A stretch of DNA of 64,000 nucleotides, from NCBI RefSeq assembly GCF_003704095.1, contig NW_020846920.1, positions 62,001 through 126,000 on the forward strand, in the 5' to 3' direction. Numbering within the stretch: position 1 is the first letter of the stretch; each line of letters opens with the position of its first letter. The stretch is from Pocillopora damicornis. Lineage: Eukaryota. The position numbers and the translations under genes are program-made. Below the pieces are notes generated by a model. It was not told where the DNA came from. It saw nothing but the letters and a program-made list of their open reading frames with translations, and searched no databases. Positions 51,301-64,000 of this stretch are shown here, in pieces.

Positions 51301-54300
51301 GGAAACACTATTTTCAAACAATTTTTCCAACTGCGACTCCGATAACGAGCAGTCACGTTGACATCGCACAGGTGTTACATGGGGAAGTTGTGGTGCTGGG
51401 TCGAGCTCATGGCTATTTTGGCTTGAGGGCACAAAAGATACATCCTCGTCCTCCCCGCCGGCAGCAGATCCCCCATGCAAAATGGAGTACGATTCTTCGC
51501 TGCTTTCTCTCGGCTGTGAACCCTCACTCCAAGACAAAAACAACTCTTCAGGTATCAGCCCCTCCAAAGGTTGATTGGTGACGACATGTGCATGTGTTTG
51601 AGAAGACGGTACATAACTTGAGCTACTACTCACCAACAGTACGCCATCTTCTTCCTGTAGGCAACATCTTGTTTTCTCGCTTGTTTTAGCTTTCTCTCCG
51701 TTTTCTACAATACTTGATTGTTCTACTACAGACTTTACCTGCTCGTTAATTTCCACTTTATCACTATTATTTGAAATCTCATTTTCACGGATCACCGAAA
51801 TAGGAACACATCCACTCATTTCATCCGAAGTCTCATTTCCAACCAATTTAACTCTTTTTCGCCCTTCCTGTTTTGACTGAGAGGCGAAAATGTCTCTAGT
51901 TTCGAGTTTGGTGATATTGTCCTCTACAGCTACGAGGGAGATAGACAGTCTCGTGAATGATGATTCTCTTCCAAGGGACGAGGGTTCGCTATCTGTATCG
52001 TAGGATTGAGGTGGATAGTAACTTGCCTTCCATTCTAAATAAATAAAACAATCAAATTCTTACATACTCTTTTAATCTTTGACTGTAAATATATTTCTAC
52101 AAATTCGTTTCTTTTAATCTTCATGGAAACTATTTTAGGGCGCTCTAATTACATACTACTTTGGTTAATATTCTTCAGTAAACCGGCTCATAACCAGTGA
52201 TGGATAAGTCGATGAAAACTCTTGAATTGCATTATCCAATTATCCATTTTTTACTAACAACGGATAGCCTGTTACTTATCGTGAGACAAACTATCAAACG
52301 TTCATTTATCTGTATAACAACGATAGACAAAAACAACATCTTCTATAACAAAACTTATTCACATGCTACATTGTACAATAATCCATAAGCAGTAACAATG
52401 CATTTAATCATTTACCTGGAATCTCTGCTAGTTTCTTTTCCATTTCATCTGGGACAAAGACCTTTTCATGACTCCTAAGCAGAGTTTTGTTGATTTCATT
52501 GAAGTTGAGGTTAGAGCCATCTTCATGAGATTCTTGACAAGACTGTGCATTGTCTAGGAGACTTCTAAGCTGTGCAATCCACCACAGCTCCCTCAGTCGC
52601 TGCTGTAACGGAGGATATGTTGAAGCATCTGTAATATCTCCCCCAAACTGCGTGTTACCTTCTCCTCCAGCAAACTTAAAGTGGTAAATGTTGATCAAAA
52701 ATTCAGCATCACCCTGAATGGAAAGCCCAAGTGAAAACCTTCAAATCAATAAACTAAATGCCACTTTACTCGTGCTTCCGTCGATTTCTATCCATTCCAA
52801 AATCACTGCCAGTCTACACTGGCAAGTGGTTAGCTTATAGAATTACCCAGGCTTGTATACCTTCCTACAGACTTGAAAACAGAAAAAAAATGAGCAAAAC
52901 CAATTGAGAAAGTTTTGTATAGAGGAGGGCAATCATCAACCTTTTTACGACGGTCAACTCTAGTCTCTGAAAGGGTTACCTGGAAGAGCCACTGAATTGG
53001 CTTGACTACTTATATCTTGCAACAGCTCTTAAACAACACACCACTGAAGCATTACTTTTACTGGTATACAGTTTCAGTTGGATCAGATGCCAGCCCACAA
53101 TCATTAAAATAATTAGTAACTACTAAGTAATTGGTTAAGAAGGAATCAGCTCATGCCATCTAACTTTTCCCACAAAAAATAGGGAGACATGGAGTGAAAC
53201 ACAATGACTACCTCAAGGAGAATCAAAAGCAGAAATTTGAGATAAAGCTGGCAAAATACTGCGCTTTGGAGGTTATCTTATTGTTATGTGACTGTAAAAA
53301 AATTACAATAAATGTAACAGTTGTATTATGTGGATTTGCTCAGGAGCTTTATATCATAATGGTCATCCCATGACACTGTGAAGTGGAACATGATAAGCCT
53401 GATTAAACTGCCCCAAGGGAATATTCCCTTGACTGCCCCAAAAGGCCACTTTGAAAAACGATTAGGGTTATGAATGTTAACTCAAAGATTAAGACACTCA
53501 TTTGGTCAGGAGCACATAAAACAAATAGTGACATACATTTTGCAAAACATAAGTGAGATAAAGGACCCGATCTTTCAAAGGGTGGATAATGCTATCCAGT
53601 GGATAAATTGCTACCCAGCAATTAAGTGTCAGCAAAATCTACTATGCTATCTACCAGATAAAGATTTGTCCAGTGAATATAGTTTTCCATGTACCCTTTT
53701 AACAACTTGGGCCAGGTTTATAAGGAAAAATTGTAATTATGATTATATTGACCTGATCAAAATTTACCTTCTAGTAGCCAAAACATTATATACACAAATA
53801 TACTAAAAGTTTAGAACATTTCTGAATTCTACACGTCAATGTTACACTTAATTAGCACCTCATTTCCATAAGGCATGATGAACTGATAGCAATGGAGGGT
53901 AACAGTATTCCTAGCTTCCCTGTGCATTGAACACTTTCAAATGCTAAAAGATTATACTACATGAAAAATTTATTTGTTATGACTAAAACACTCAACAAAG
54001 ATTTTGAAAAGCCCCATCTTACCCAGTCTTTTTCTGCCATAACTTGCACAGAGTATTTCTTGATAAATATAAGTCCACCTTGGATGTCAGGTAGAGAAAG
54101 GCTAGAGTTATCTCTATATCAGAAAAAACAAAATGTAAATAGGATACATTTTGAGCTAAGAACCAAGAATGGAAGCTTAAGTTTAAGAAAAGTAGGGCAA
54201 CTAAAAACCTGATCTTTAAATGCACTTTCCTTTTAATCTCTATCAATGTAACCAGCATCTTAAACTAAATTTGGGAAAAGTATCACATACATGTAGCAAT

Positions 54301-55723
54301 AGATAACAAAAATGACTCTAATTCAAAAACCGTATGCATATCATCAATTCAGGCATTAATAACATTAATAAGTAGACATAAGTAAATATCTACAGAAGAT
54401 ATAGCAGCATAGTTTTTGGAACAGATGTGTACAAGAGGTAGGCATAATAAGAAAAATGGAGAAGATAATAAAAGAAGACTGCAAAAACATTTAATCAGGG
54501 GTTGCCTTCTAGCAGAATGCACTTGCCACGAGATCATGGACTATGTTTACTTGTTCTCCTTAATATAGTTCTCACATCTCTTTCTCTATCCCTTGCAGGA
54601 TGAAATCTTTCCCTTGAGAAAATGTTTGAACTGAGAAGGGCACCAATTTCATGGAAGTATTCATCCCTTCCCCATCTATATAAGATCTACATTTTGAAAC
54701 AAACATCACTTTATACCTCTTGCGCTCACCTTTTAAATTGCTCAATAGCTGGTGTTGAGAACAAAGCTTTTACAAAAAGTTTCTTGTCACTAATTAATGC
54801 CACATTTTTGGAGGTTTCTTCAAGCTAAAAATCATAAATCACACACAGTTAGTTTAATTATTTGTCCTCAAGGTAATATGCCGAGTTTTCCATAAGACAG
54901 TTCCAACAGGAACACCTCTTTAAATAGCAGTTGAGACATGTCAATTTTATTTTCAACCATAACTAATACTTCTTTTAGTTAGGAAAATGAGAGGTTGTAG
55001 GCTTGTTCTGCTCCCCTCCCCCCACTCCCTTCCCAAAACACCCCTGCCAATCTTATATTTCTGAAGCCCTTGCAACCGTTCATTCATAGAACATTTTAAG
55101 AAGGTAAGTTCTGATAATTTTCTTTTCCTTTCAAAGAGATTATTGAAAACAGCAACAACTTTAAAAAGAAACAAAGAACACAGGTACACATGAAATATTG
55201 ACCATTTTGCAACCAATGGCTCAGTAAGTCTGCTTTACATTTCCTATCATCTTAGTTCTGATAGTTGAGTGTCGCAATATTTTACATTTACTGATTAATA
55301 TTTGTTCGCTATTCTCCTTACCTCTAACTTAAGTCATATATCTTTAACGTGTAAGGAGAAATTATCGATCGACTACCATCAACATTGCAAAATTCTCGTA
55401 TGGAAACAAAACGCTGTGATGAGCTAAAAATTTCTACCAAGAATAACACATCTAATAATATTCGTCTAGACTATTTCTAAAGGCATCAGAAAATCTTTGT
55501 ACAATTACCTTGGTCAAATTTTTGAATAACGCGGTTTGGCGCCATATTTACATTTGCAGTTTCAACCCATATAATGAGCACAGATACTTAAATAAAAAAA
55601 AATTAGGGAAATTATTGTATTAAGTACCTTGATTACTTGCGCCCTGGCAATTTTGGGTAAACTCTTAGAATCTGGGCTCCTCAAAGCTTGCTCGATCCAC
55701 GGCTTGGCTATCCAAGAGGCCAT
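48308..55723 (-). CDS. ACD: TPP1/ACD-like shelterin subunit (N-terminal Est3/TPP1 OB fold, long Ser-rich linker)
   Basis: Exons 55723-55628 (MASWIAKPWIEQAL..AQVIK), 54824-54730 (VALISDKKLFVKALFSTPAIEQF), 54113-54023 (DIQGGLIFIKKYSVQV) and about 52713-52416 (GDAEFLINIYHFKF) give the PWI / SD / AEFxL pattern of the TPP1 OB fold. Large Ser-rich exon about 52034-50739. Terminal exon 48408-48308 encodes VPPERIVGWSFAWI. The frame through the penultimate exon is ambiguous. Confidence 0.7.
53563..53713. mobile_element. Second, more degenerate copy of the 5638-5783 MITE family
   Basis: ttcaaagggtggataatgctatccagtggataaa ... cccttttaacaacttgggcc. Confidence 0.65.
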
Positions 55724-57169
55724 TTTCCAATGTCTGGCGTTACGTTGGTTGTGAGTACGAGGGGGGAGGGGAGGGGAGGGACAGTGTAACGACAGGTTTT
55801 TTTTAATTTATTTATTTATTTTTGCATCTTCACTTTTCACTAAGAGCGCATGAGCAGCTCGATTACCCTACGTTTTCGTATCATGTCATGACATACCTAA
55901 ATCAAATAACGGTAAGGATTTTCCAGATGACAAATAAGTCTCATTTCTGACGGGGAAAAAGGCTTTATAAACGCCCTCAGCCCAATGGCGGGAAGGAAAT
56001 GTGCTCAAACGTGAAAATAAATGATTTTGTCGCACAGGGTTTTATCTTCTGCATGGTAAAGGATCAGAATATGTATTTAAGTAAATCACTGCTTGCTTTC
56101 GCCAAATAACTTATTAAATAAATTAAAGATTAATCATTTTCATTCAATTTTATTTAATTACCAAGTTGGTTTCCCAGGTGAAACTGAACACAAGCCCTCC
56201 TTGGAACGTCATGATACTGAAAGAAACAATTTTTTAAATAAAAATATAATCCCACGATATATAATTCCCAAAGAATTCAAACTAATAACCACTTCAATTT
56301 TCCTCTATTTACCTTCTTTTCTCAGGTATCGCTTGAACACTTAACCTGATGACTCGGGCCAAATATTTTGCTGACCGGCCCTCTCTCAGTCATTATGTAC
56401 AAAATCATTTTTTTTTTTTATGAGATACACTCCACAAAATACACACCCCAAAAAAAAGGTTCGTAGAAATTTCTATGAGGCCTCCTACTGGGTCAATAAG
56501 AAGGGTCTGTCCTACGGCCTCGGGCAATATTTTCAAGACCTCGCTCACAGTTTTTCACCATACGGACCTCCCAGCCTGTTAATAACATATATGTATGTGC
56601 TAATTAAATTAATGGTGAATGGTATGAATAGACTGTTTATCATACTTATGTACCTAAGGAGATGGAATCGGGAAAAAAAAGTACATGCCAAAGTAGACTG
56701 ATCAATCTGTGGCCACTATATCGAGCCATTAATAAGAAATACAGCTAGCAAATCCGCTGAGCTGTTGGCTTTAAAAGTAGCCCGTGATGACCAATACGAT
56801 AAGTAATAAAAACTAGCGGCAAATATCAAATCATATGGCGATAAGACTTTTCTACTTCCAGAGATGAAGTTCAATAACGCTTGTGCATGAAGGTAAGAAT
56901 CCCTCTGTTGTCACTAAATAATGGCTAGAGGAGGTGTTTCTTCCACCTTGGCCGTTTTCAGTTAAGTTTAAATCGTAATACGTGATATGCGACAAAATTA
57001 ATTAATTAAACTAAAAGCAAATATTTAATTGCATGGTCAACAACTCTAAATTGTTTCTAATTAGTTATCAACAAATTTTGAAAAACCATCGATCTATCTT
57101 GCAATCAAATTTTGCCTTTACCAGCGGAAAGAAAACTAATTACTAGATAACAAGAAATGAGCAAAAGGC

Positions 57170-57325
57170 TTCGCTCTGACGAAGGGCTAATGCTGGAAAC
57201 GGCAGCTTAAAAAATCTCTTTACGGTGCATGGCCAATTTACCTTATCAACTCAGTTGATAAAACCAACTATCTTGTTATACTCCTCCACCGACGCAGCCC
57301 CACAATTTCTTTAGGAACTCTCTCC
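57170..57325 (+). repeat. Penelope-type terminal repeat with a mutated hammerhead
   Basis: cgctCTGACGAagggctaatgctgGAAACggcagc followed by the same tail as 7880-7939; the cleavage triplet is GGC instead of GTC. Confidence 0.7.
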
Positions 57326-57458
57326 GTTAATTAATAAACGGATATGTTTGTTTAAATGGACCTAATAAATTTTTTTTCAATTGGTTGTGAATAAAACTAG
57401 GTATACTAATTCAAATGACACTGAGAAGCGCAGCATTGTGAACTCCTGCTCAGCAAGA

Positions 57459-58698
57459 ATGGATCGACAACATCTTCTGCAGATATTAGCGCTCTCTTAT
57501 CTCCTTTTCTTTCAGGCTGTGATTGGTACAGGCGAACTAAACGAAGTTGTAAGTCACTCAGCAGACATGTAGGGTTATTCATTTTTCCTAGTAACATTCC
57601 TGAGTTAATAATATAAGACACGATTTTGGGTAATCGAGTGGTGATGAGGGTCGGATGTAGATGTATATAATTTCAACGATGTATGCAATTTCTCAAATAC
57701 TAGTTCACTTGCGACGACTCGAACGTCCGTTAACATTCCGAGTCAAAAAAAATTAGCTCCATATATATACATCGCGTGCATTTAAAAAATTGCCAATTCA
57801 CTTGTCTCCTAGAAAGTGATATTTAATCATAAGTCACCGAGGTAGCACCTCTAGGATTTCCTTATCGAGTGGCATAAAATAACATAGTTCTATTAATCAA
57901 CATAAAATAGCTATTCAAGTTTCATTTTCAATAGGAATCAAGGAAGAAATTCTGTTCAACTCAAGGCCCACCAGGCCCAGCAGGTCGGGATGGATTACCA
58001 GGACGAGATGGAGCACTAGGACGGGATGGACTACCGGGACGGGATGGTGCACCTGGACCCAAGGGGGAAGTGGGACCACCGGGACCAGCTGGAATCAAAG
58101 GAGAGCCTGGGACCCAAAGGAGATGGAAACAGTGTTTTTGGAACCACATCAATTCTGAGACTGATAATGGACGAGTTCTGGTATGTATACCGAGAAGGTA
58201 AATAATCGGTGCTCACTTAAACTGAAGAGAAAAGGGGATAGTGGTCGCCCTTGTCGAGATTGAGTAGGAAGAGACGAAAAGCAATGTTACATGCTACATC
58301 TAGACGCCTAATAAATTTATTATTATTATTATTCTTATTCTTTTTTAAAGGAATGTCCATTCACCAAGGCTACCCCAAACACATACCTCCGTGTAGTTTA
58401 CATGGGTAATATTCGCGTCGCCGGTTGCAAACACTGTTGCATGAGGTGGTTTTTCACCTTTAACGACATCGAATGCAGGGCACCCGCCGCCATTGATGCT
58501 GTTGTGTACCAGAATCTCGATCTGAACATCCATCGCTCCGCCAACATAGAAGGCTACTGCACAGGAATCGCCAAAGGCCTGGTGCGTGTTGGCTTGCACG
58601 TCGGTCAGTGCCATGGTTATGGTATTTTCAACGCCTACACCGGCTGGAACTCAGTGAGCAGGATCATTATTGAGGAGATTGAGCCCCCTGTTGCTTAA
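57459..58698 (+). CDS. CTHRC1: Collagen triple helix repeat-containing protein 1-like
   Basis: Exon 57459-57548 signal peptide; exon 57935-58180 Gly-X-Y repeats then WKQCFW..DNG; exon 58351-58698 [58 protein letters not shown], the CTHRC1 C-terminal domain. Confidence 0.93.
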
Positions 58699-59589
58699 AT
58701 AGGTAGCAGTGCTCTTTCCACCCAAGTGTACAGTTCTTGATTTATCATAAGGGCAGTCAAATGTTGAATTGTTAACGGGGCATAGTTAGGCTCACTGAAT
58801 TAAGGGTGTCTTGACTGTATTGGGTGGGACTCATCACAAAATATGGAAATAAACCTGCGGAGAAACTTACTTTTGGTCAATTTGTTCTTTTTATCATTTT
58901 TATTAAAACATAGCTGTACATTGGGAAACATTTTCTCTTTGAGCAGGTGTAGACATTATTGCTCATTTTCCCACTTTGCATGACAATCCACGGTGTTATA
59001 CGTATCTGGCGTCCTCATGTAGGCGTAACTTGATTGAATAAATGTGACATAATCGATTTAAATATCGATTTGGGAGGAAATGTGTTCTTCCGTTCATAGA
59101 ATAACATTTCTTCCGATAAAGCCGTGGCCGAATGATTTATCAAACAGAATGCTGGACATATAACGAGCCGAAAGCTTTCTATGTGACTCCGCTATCACAT
59201 GTCCACTCAAGTTTACTACTGAACGCATTACAGATGTGGGTCACTACGCTGGAATCAGTAAAGAGCTGGTGTGTGTTGGTTTGCACGTCGGTCGGTGCCA
59301 TAGCTTAGGTATAGGTATATCTCGATCTATATCTGACAAAAAACATTGAGCAGTTGCCAGCAGAAAAAAATTTTTTAAGCGGATATGCTTCTTTTAACTG
59401 AAAGTACTAGTAAAAAATGTTTGTGAACATAATAGCATTACAGATGAAATAAAGTTAACTTATTCAAAAGAAATAAGTTCATTTTTAATCTCTCTTTGGA
59501 AGGATGAATCGATAAAATCTTCTGTATTAATGTGTCTATTTACTCCATTGCGCTGACCTCCCATTTCCGCATCGGTGGAAAGATTTAAG

Positions 59590-60770
59590 TCAGACAGTAT
59601 AAGTTGCTGATACTTCGCACAAATCAGCAATACAGCAACCGAGTCTGGCTGGCATATGATCGGGCCTTTCGCGAGCATACGGCGGCGACCAATCTGACCG
59701 TGCAGCTCTTCAATATTAATTTCCACGCTGCGGGTGCCTCTACTCGTGGGCGTGGCGAATTTGCTAAGGAATCGGCTGGGCCTGCTGGAGCTAGCAATTC
59801 ACAAATTGTCCGCAAGTCGTGGAAAAGGTCGTCGCTCTGCCCCTTATTCCCAATGTCGTTTTTCGCATTGGCGTTCGAACTCTTCAGGGTCCCATCGTGG
59901 GACACCAAAGCGGAGATCCCAGTCCCCAGTGTCTCCACGTTCTAGCGGCAAGCCTAGACGCACCTGAGTTGGTTCTTTCATATTTTGCTATCCTTTGTTT
60001 TTCGGCTTCTGCGCTTCTTAGTTTTTGTTCAGCTAAAGTTCCCTGTTCTTACATGTTAGGAGTAGGGTCGGCCGTGATTCCTTTGCCCATTGAAAAATGT
60101 TTCATTGTGTTATTTCTGGCTGTGTTTTTTCGTTTGTTTCCTACCTATGTTAAGGGGGAACGGTTCTGGTCCTTCCTCTTTTACCATCATAGGGTGGTTG
60201 AGGAGCTCTGATATGTGTCTGCTTGGAGGGGACAAGTTATGGCTTTTCTGATCCCCTAAGCATGCTCTCGTTTCTTTCCTCCCTTTTGCCCCGCTCCCTC
60301 CAGTTTCTGCAGTCAGTCCATTGAAGGTGGAGCAGTCCTCCTGGGAGTTGAGGCATCATCCAAATCCTCAGGATGAGCTTCGCTTTGGTTTTAAACCAGG
60401 TTTTTCTCATGTACAATTTCTCAAGCCTGCCTGCCTGTCAGTAAGTGATGAGTACTTGGCGACTGAAGTGTCCTTGGGGAGGGTTTCTGGCCCCTTTACC
60501 TCCCCTCCTTTTCCTCTTCTTCACGTTAGCAGTTTTGGGGTTATTGCTAAAAAGGGTTAACCGGGAAAGTGGCGTCTCATTGTGGATCTCTCCTCCCTCG
60601 AAGGGGCCAGCGTGAATGACGGTATTAACCCTGATGTAGTTACATTGCATTTCATAACAGTACATCAAGTTATTCGCATGATATTACAGTTTGGTCAAGG
60701 GACACTGATGGCCAAATTCGACGTCGAAGCTGCCTATCGGAACATTGCAATTCACCCTTCAGACTCTAGG
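59590..60770 (+). mobile_element. Decayed DIRS/Ngaro-like (tyrosine-recombinase class) retrotransposon fragment: gag-like region and RT N-terminus
   Basis: WLAYDRAFREH gag-like motif; EVSLGRVSGPF..HVSSFGVIAKKG*PGKWRLIVDLSS.EG.SVNDGI..MAKFDVEAAYRNIAIHPSD RT motifs; internal stop and deletions. Confidence 0.8.
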
Positions 60771-61288
60771 AATACTCACCAATGCTTCTGTCTATGATAT
60801 AAGGGACTGTATTGCTCGGCCACAAGCCATGTGGGTAACTTATGGCATTGCGGGAATTTGGATCTTTAGTTATAAACTTTAGGGTCTCTGTATCTGAGAT
60901 GATATCTGCAAGCAGTATATCTGGACCTGTGTATGCTAAAACTAAACAGCTCGAAGAAATGATAAATTTTGTATATTGTCACAAAAAGCAAATGTTTCAA
61001 AGGTAGCGGTAGCGGTAGGTGCGCTCATTGGGTTGCACCATGGGAGAATTAGGCTCAAGATAGCCCCTGTTTCCCTTTCTTTCAAATTTCTGATCCTTTT
61101 TGTCAGATGAATTCGTGTAACTTTCGCTTGGTGCGCTTTTCCTTTGCTTGGTAAATGGTCGAGGGTGGGAAGGGGGGATGTACGAAGTGGACTGTAAAGT
61201 AAGCCAAAAGCAAACGTAACTTCTACTGTGGTTGAAAACTAAAAAAAAAACAAAGAAAGAAGGAGACAAAGATTGTTTAGGAGCCAAG

Positions 61289-61319
61289 GTGGGGGGGGGG
61301 GGGGGGGGGNNNNNNNNNN
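61289..61319. other. Poly-G run and short N gap (assembly gap)
   Basis: A G homopolymer runs directly into 10 Ns. Confidence 0.95.
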
Positions 61320-62485
61320 TGTTTCAATTCGGTACCGAAGTTGAAAATAAAGATGTGAGATGTAGGTCGAGCATGTATGATAAGAGGATCATTAGATACT
61401 TGAATATAGTGCATGTTTGGTAATTTACGTATCAGACCCTTCAGCCAACGGTCAACTTGTGTTCAAAAGCTAGGGTTAATTTTGATGAATTGATATTTCC
61501 CTATTGCATAAATTACGAAATATCACTGCGGGCTACTGAAGTTATTAAGAGTGTATTCCACTCTTGTTTATGACAAAATTGGAAATCCCTAGGATAGTAT
61601 TCGCATCATTTAGTAAGCTGGATGTGAATACGATGAAAGACCTGAATAAAAAAATATTCTACAGCTGTCGAATGTTTCAAGTTATCAGTTCTAATATACG
61701 AGAAAAATTGAAATTTTTTAGAAAAGAATCATTAAAATGGCATTAGAACGATTGTTAAAAAGTTGTTTTTTGGTCATGTAAGGATGTCAAGAAAGTTCGA
61801 CTTTCAATGAAGCTCTCTTTATTTCAGTTCATTCTTCACACTTGGCAAAATTTTTACTCATTAGAATCTTGAGATACTGCAAAGCAAACATAAAACAACA
61901 AATGTCTAGCAAATAAAAAAATGACACCTGGCAAACAATAGCTGTCAAACAATAGCTGGTGAAAGAAATCGCTCTAGAGGGTCCTTTGGAAAAAAGAATT
62001 ACTTTACAGCGAAGCAGTTGATTTTAAGATCTCTGGTCTGGTTGTTTTAAGGAGATGCCTGAGGCTATCAAGATCTTTCACTTAGAAAGGCATATTTTCA
62101 AATTTCTTTGAAGTTGTCAGAATCATTCATTTTAAAAGACCGGTGATCCTTCTCACTTTCTGTCGATTTTTTTTGTCCGAAAATTTTCAATAGAGTTTGA
62201 TATTGACTCAGGCAAAAGGAAAAGAAAACCGTTTGTCGTTAACCATTATCATCCTTGAGACTGCAGGGGCGATGTATTTTTAGAAACGAGAGTGAGCGAA
62301 TGATTAATTTGTTAAAGAAGGAAAACGTGGACGAGAACCCTGCTGTTAAGTGCTGGTTTAAATTACTCTTATAACTGGCGAAATGTTCTCATGGTGAAAA
62401 GATGAATAAATAAAAAAATAAAAGCCATACACGATTCGAAGTAAATTTTTTTGATATTGCGTAACATTTTTCGGCTTTCCAAAGC

Positions 62486-62558
62486 AGGCTTGTTTGTACC
62501 GAATGAAGACATATTTGTACCGAATGAAGGCTTGTTTGTATCGAATGAAGGTTTGTTT
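62486..62558. repeat. 21-bp tandem repeat, about 3.5 units
   Basis: aggcttgtttgtaccgaatga / agacatatttgtaccgaatga / aggcttgtttgtatcgaatga / aggtttgttt. Confidence 0.85.
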
Positions 62559-63127
62559 GGCCAGCTGATATGTAATAACCAAGGAAAACAAAAATTTGCC
62601 CCCGCTTCCAATACGTTTGTTCTCAGCGGAGTCGATGGTAGCGACTAAATAACGACTAGGGAGCATTTGTTTCAACCTCATCGACATCAGAATTTTTCAG
62701 ACTATTTTTTCACTTAATTTACAATAACCTTTTCATGGCAATTTACCTGTGGGGTTCAATTCTGCACCTGTTAAGTATAGAAAACTTCTATTAAAATTTC
62801 GAGATATAAACGTCAGACACCCCAAAAGCGAAAAACTTATCGTACTTTACTGAACGTGTTTCAGTCTTTGCAAGTTTATGATGTATTGTCTGGTTGTCTT
62901 CTTGAAGATTATCTCCGGAAATTTAGCAAGCATGCGCGATAGACCATTTGTCAGGTGTTCTGTAGAAAATGGGCTTACAATGCAAATAAACCGCCATCAA
63001 TAATTTATTCAGTGTGAACTTGTGGGTTTCACACTGTGTGAAACGCTCATTCAATACTCGCTCACTCGAGAAACGTGTTGCTTCGTCGCAGTTGAGCGTG
63101 AAAGAAACGTAAAACTGACGGCAAGAA

Positions 63128-63832
63128 ATGGACGAACCGCTACACGAGGATTTTCTGAAGAAGGAAGAAGAGAAGGAAAGATGGTTTGAATATTGGGTTA
63201 TTCTGAAAAATTGTGTTTTGTATTTTTACGATGATCGTACCGACCTGTGGCAAGAATACTGTGATAAAATTGAAATCACAGCGAACGCACGATGTTCTGT
63301 CGTGAGGCGAAAGACGTACAGCTATAGATTCAAGTTAGTTACCGATGAAGGGATATGGCTTTTGAAATGCCATACCAACTTGCAGAGACATCGCTGGATG
63401 CATGCGATCGAGCTAGCGATAAAGGAAATTTCTTCCGGCTCTGAATCAGCTCGACTTGCGACAGCGGAAGAATCATCGCGTGTGTGCTACTTCGAAACAG
63501 ATTTATTTGGAAGGAGTCTCCGACGTGAAATGCGACAACGTGAAGCGGCGCGCGAAAGTAACAACAACGCAAATAATACGCTAGAACTCAGTAGGAAATG
63601 CGATTTGAAGAAGGAAGGAGATCGAGGCGAAAACAGAAATTCAAGAAAGAGCTCTAGGTTCAAGAGAAGCGTTAAAAAGGCTTTATCGCTGCAGCAAGGT
63701 CTTGGTAGTCCAGAAGAAAACCTAGCTTTCTCGGACGATGAAGTCAGCGTTGATGGTTTTGCAAAGTTTCTAAACAACCATTCACAACCCGTAACAGGAG
63801 TGAAGTTAATTCGCGTGGTCAGTGCAAAGTGA
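63128..63832 (+). CDS. PH-domain protein, single-exon ORF (234 aa)
   Basis: LHEDFLKK..RWFEYWVILKNCVLYFY..YRFKLVT..WLLKC..RHRWMHAIELAI is a typical PH fold with the terminal-helix Trp, followed by a basic disordered tail. Confidence 0.85.
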   Translation: MDEPLHEDFLKKEEEKERWFEYWVILKNCVLYFYDDRTDLWQEYCDKIEITANARCSVVRRKTYSYRFKLVTDEGIWLLKCHTNLQRHRWMHAIELAIKEISSGSESARLATAEESSRVCYFETDLFGRSLRREMRQREAARESNNNANNTLELSRKCDLKKEGDRGENRNSRKSSRFKRSVKKALSLQQGLGSPEENLAFSDDEVSVDGFAKFLNNHSQPVTGVKLIRVVSAK

Positions 63833-64000
63833 TCTGTGCCATCATGACGGAACTAATTGTTACAGTTCAAAATCCGTGGTGCTAAATTTTTGCGAAAAGA
63901 AACTAGGTTACAAATGGTTTGCCTGATAATTGTTGTAAATTTAGAGAAATTTTAATTTTCTAGTCTAGTCCAGTGGTTTATTATTTTCTTACATCTTCCG

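Noticed and set aside
54550-54685. Possible TPP1 exon bounded by AG and GT
   Set aside because: The phase-compatible frame hits a stop, and exon 54113-54023 fits both phase and the OB-fold pattern.
57961-58614. Minus-strand GP-rich ORFs
   Set aside because: Antisense shadows of the CTHRC1 collagen and C-terminal exons.
61232-61423. ORF with poly-Gly and X residues
   Set aside because: Artefact of the poly-G run and N gap.
62486-62558. CRISPR-like repeat
   Set aside because: Contiguous units with no spacers, in a eukaryotic context; an ordinary minisatellite.

Overview
Eukaryotic, AT-rich, intron-containing genomic DNA. The repeat content and gene set point to an anthozoan cnidarian, probably a stony coral (inference). 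Genes, reconstructed by hand from GT-AG exons, in order: the 3' part of a PAN/EGF/ALK-LTK-type glycine-rich protein (+); an F-box/WD40 protein (-); head-to-head with it, a coiled-coil gene carrying in-frame stops (probable pseudogene, +); a small secreted Zn-peptidase of the bacterial/phage M15 (L-Ala-D-Glu endolysin-like) type with introns (-); an intronless aminergic-like GPCR (-); two tail-to-tail hexa-EF-hand calbindin/secretagogin-like paralogs; a TPP1/ACD-like shelterin gene (-); CTHRC1 (+); and an intronless PH-domain gene (+). Mobile DNA includes a decayed Penelope-like element, a decayed DIRS/Ngaro-like element, several MITEs and SINE-like pieces, and palindromic Penelope-derived elements, one with an intact minimal hammerhead ribozyme. 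The best candidate for new biology is the intron-containing, signal-peptide-bearing M15 peptidoglycan-peptidase-like gene, a possible domesticated antibacterial effector. All calls come from manual reading; no database searches were run.
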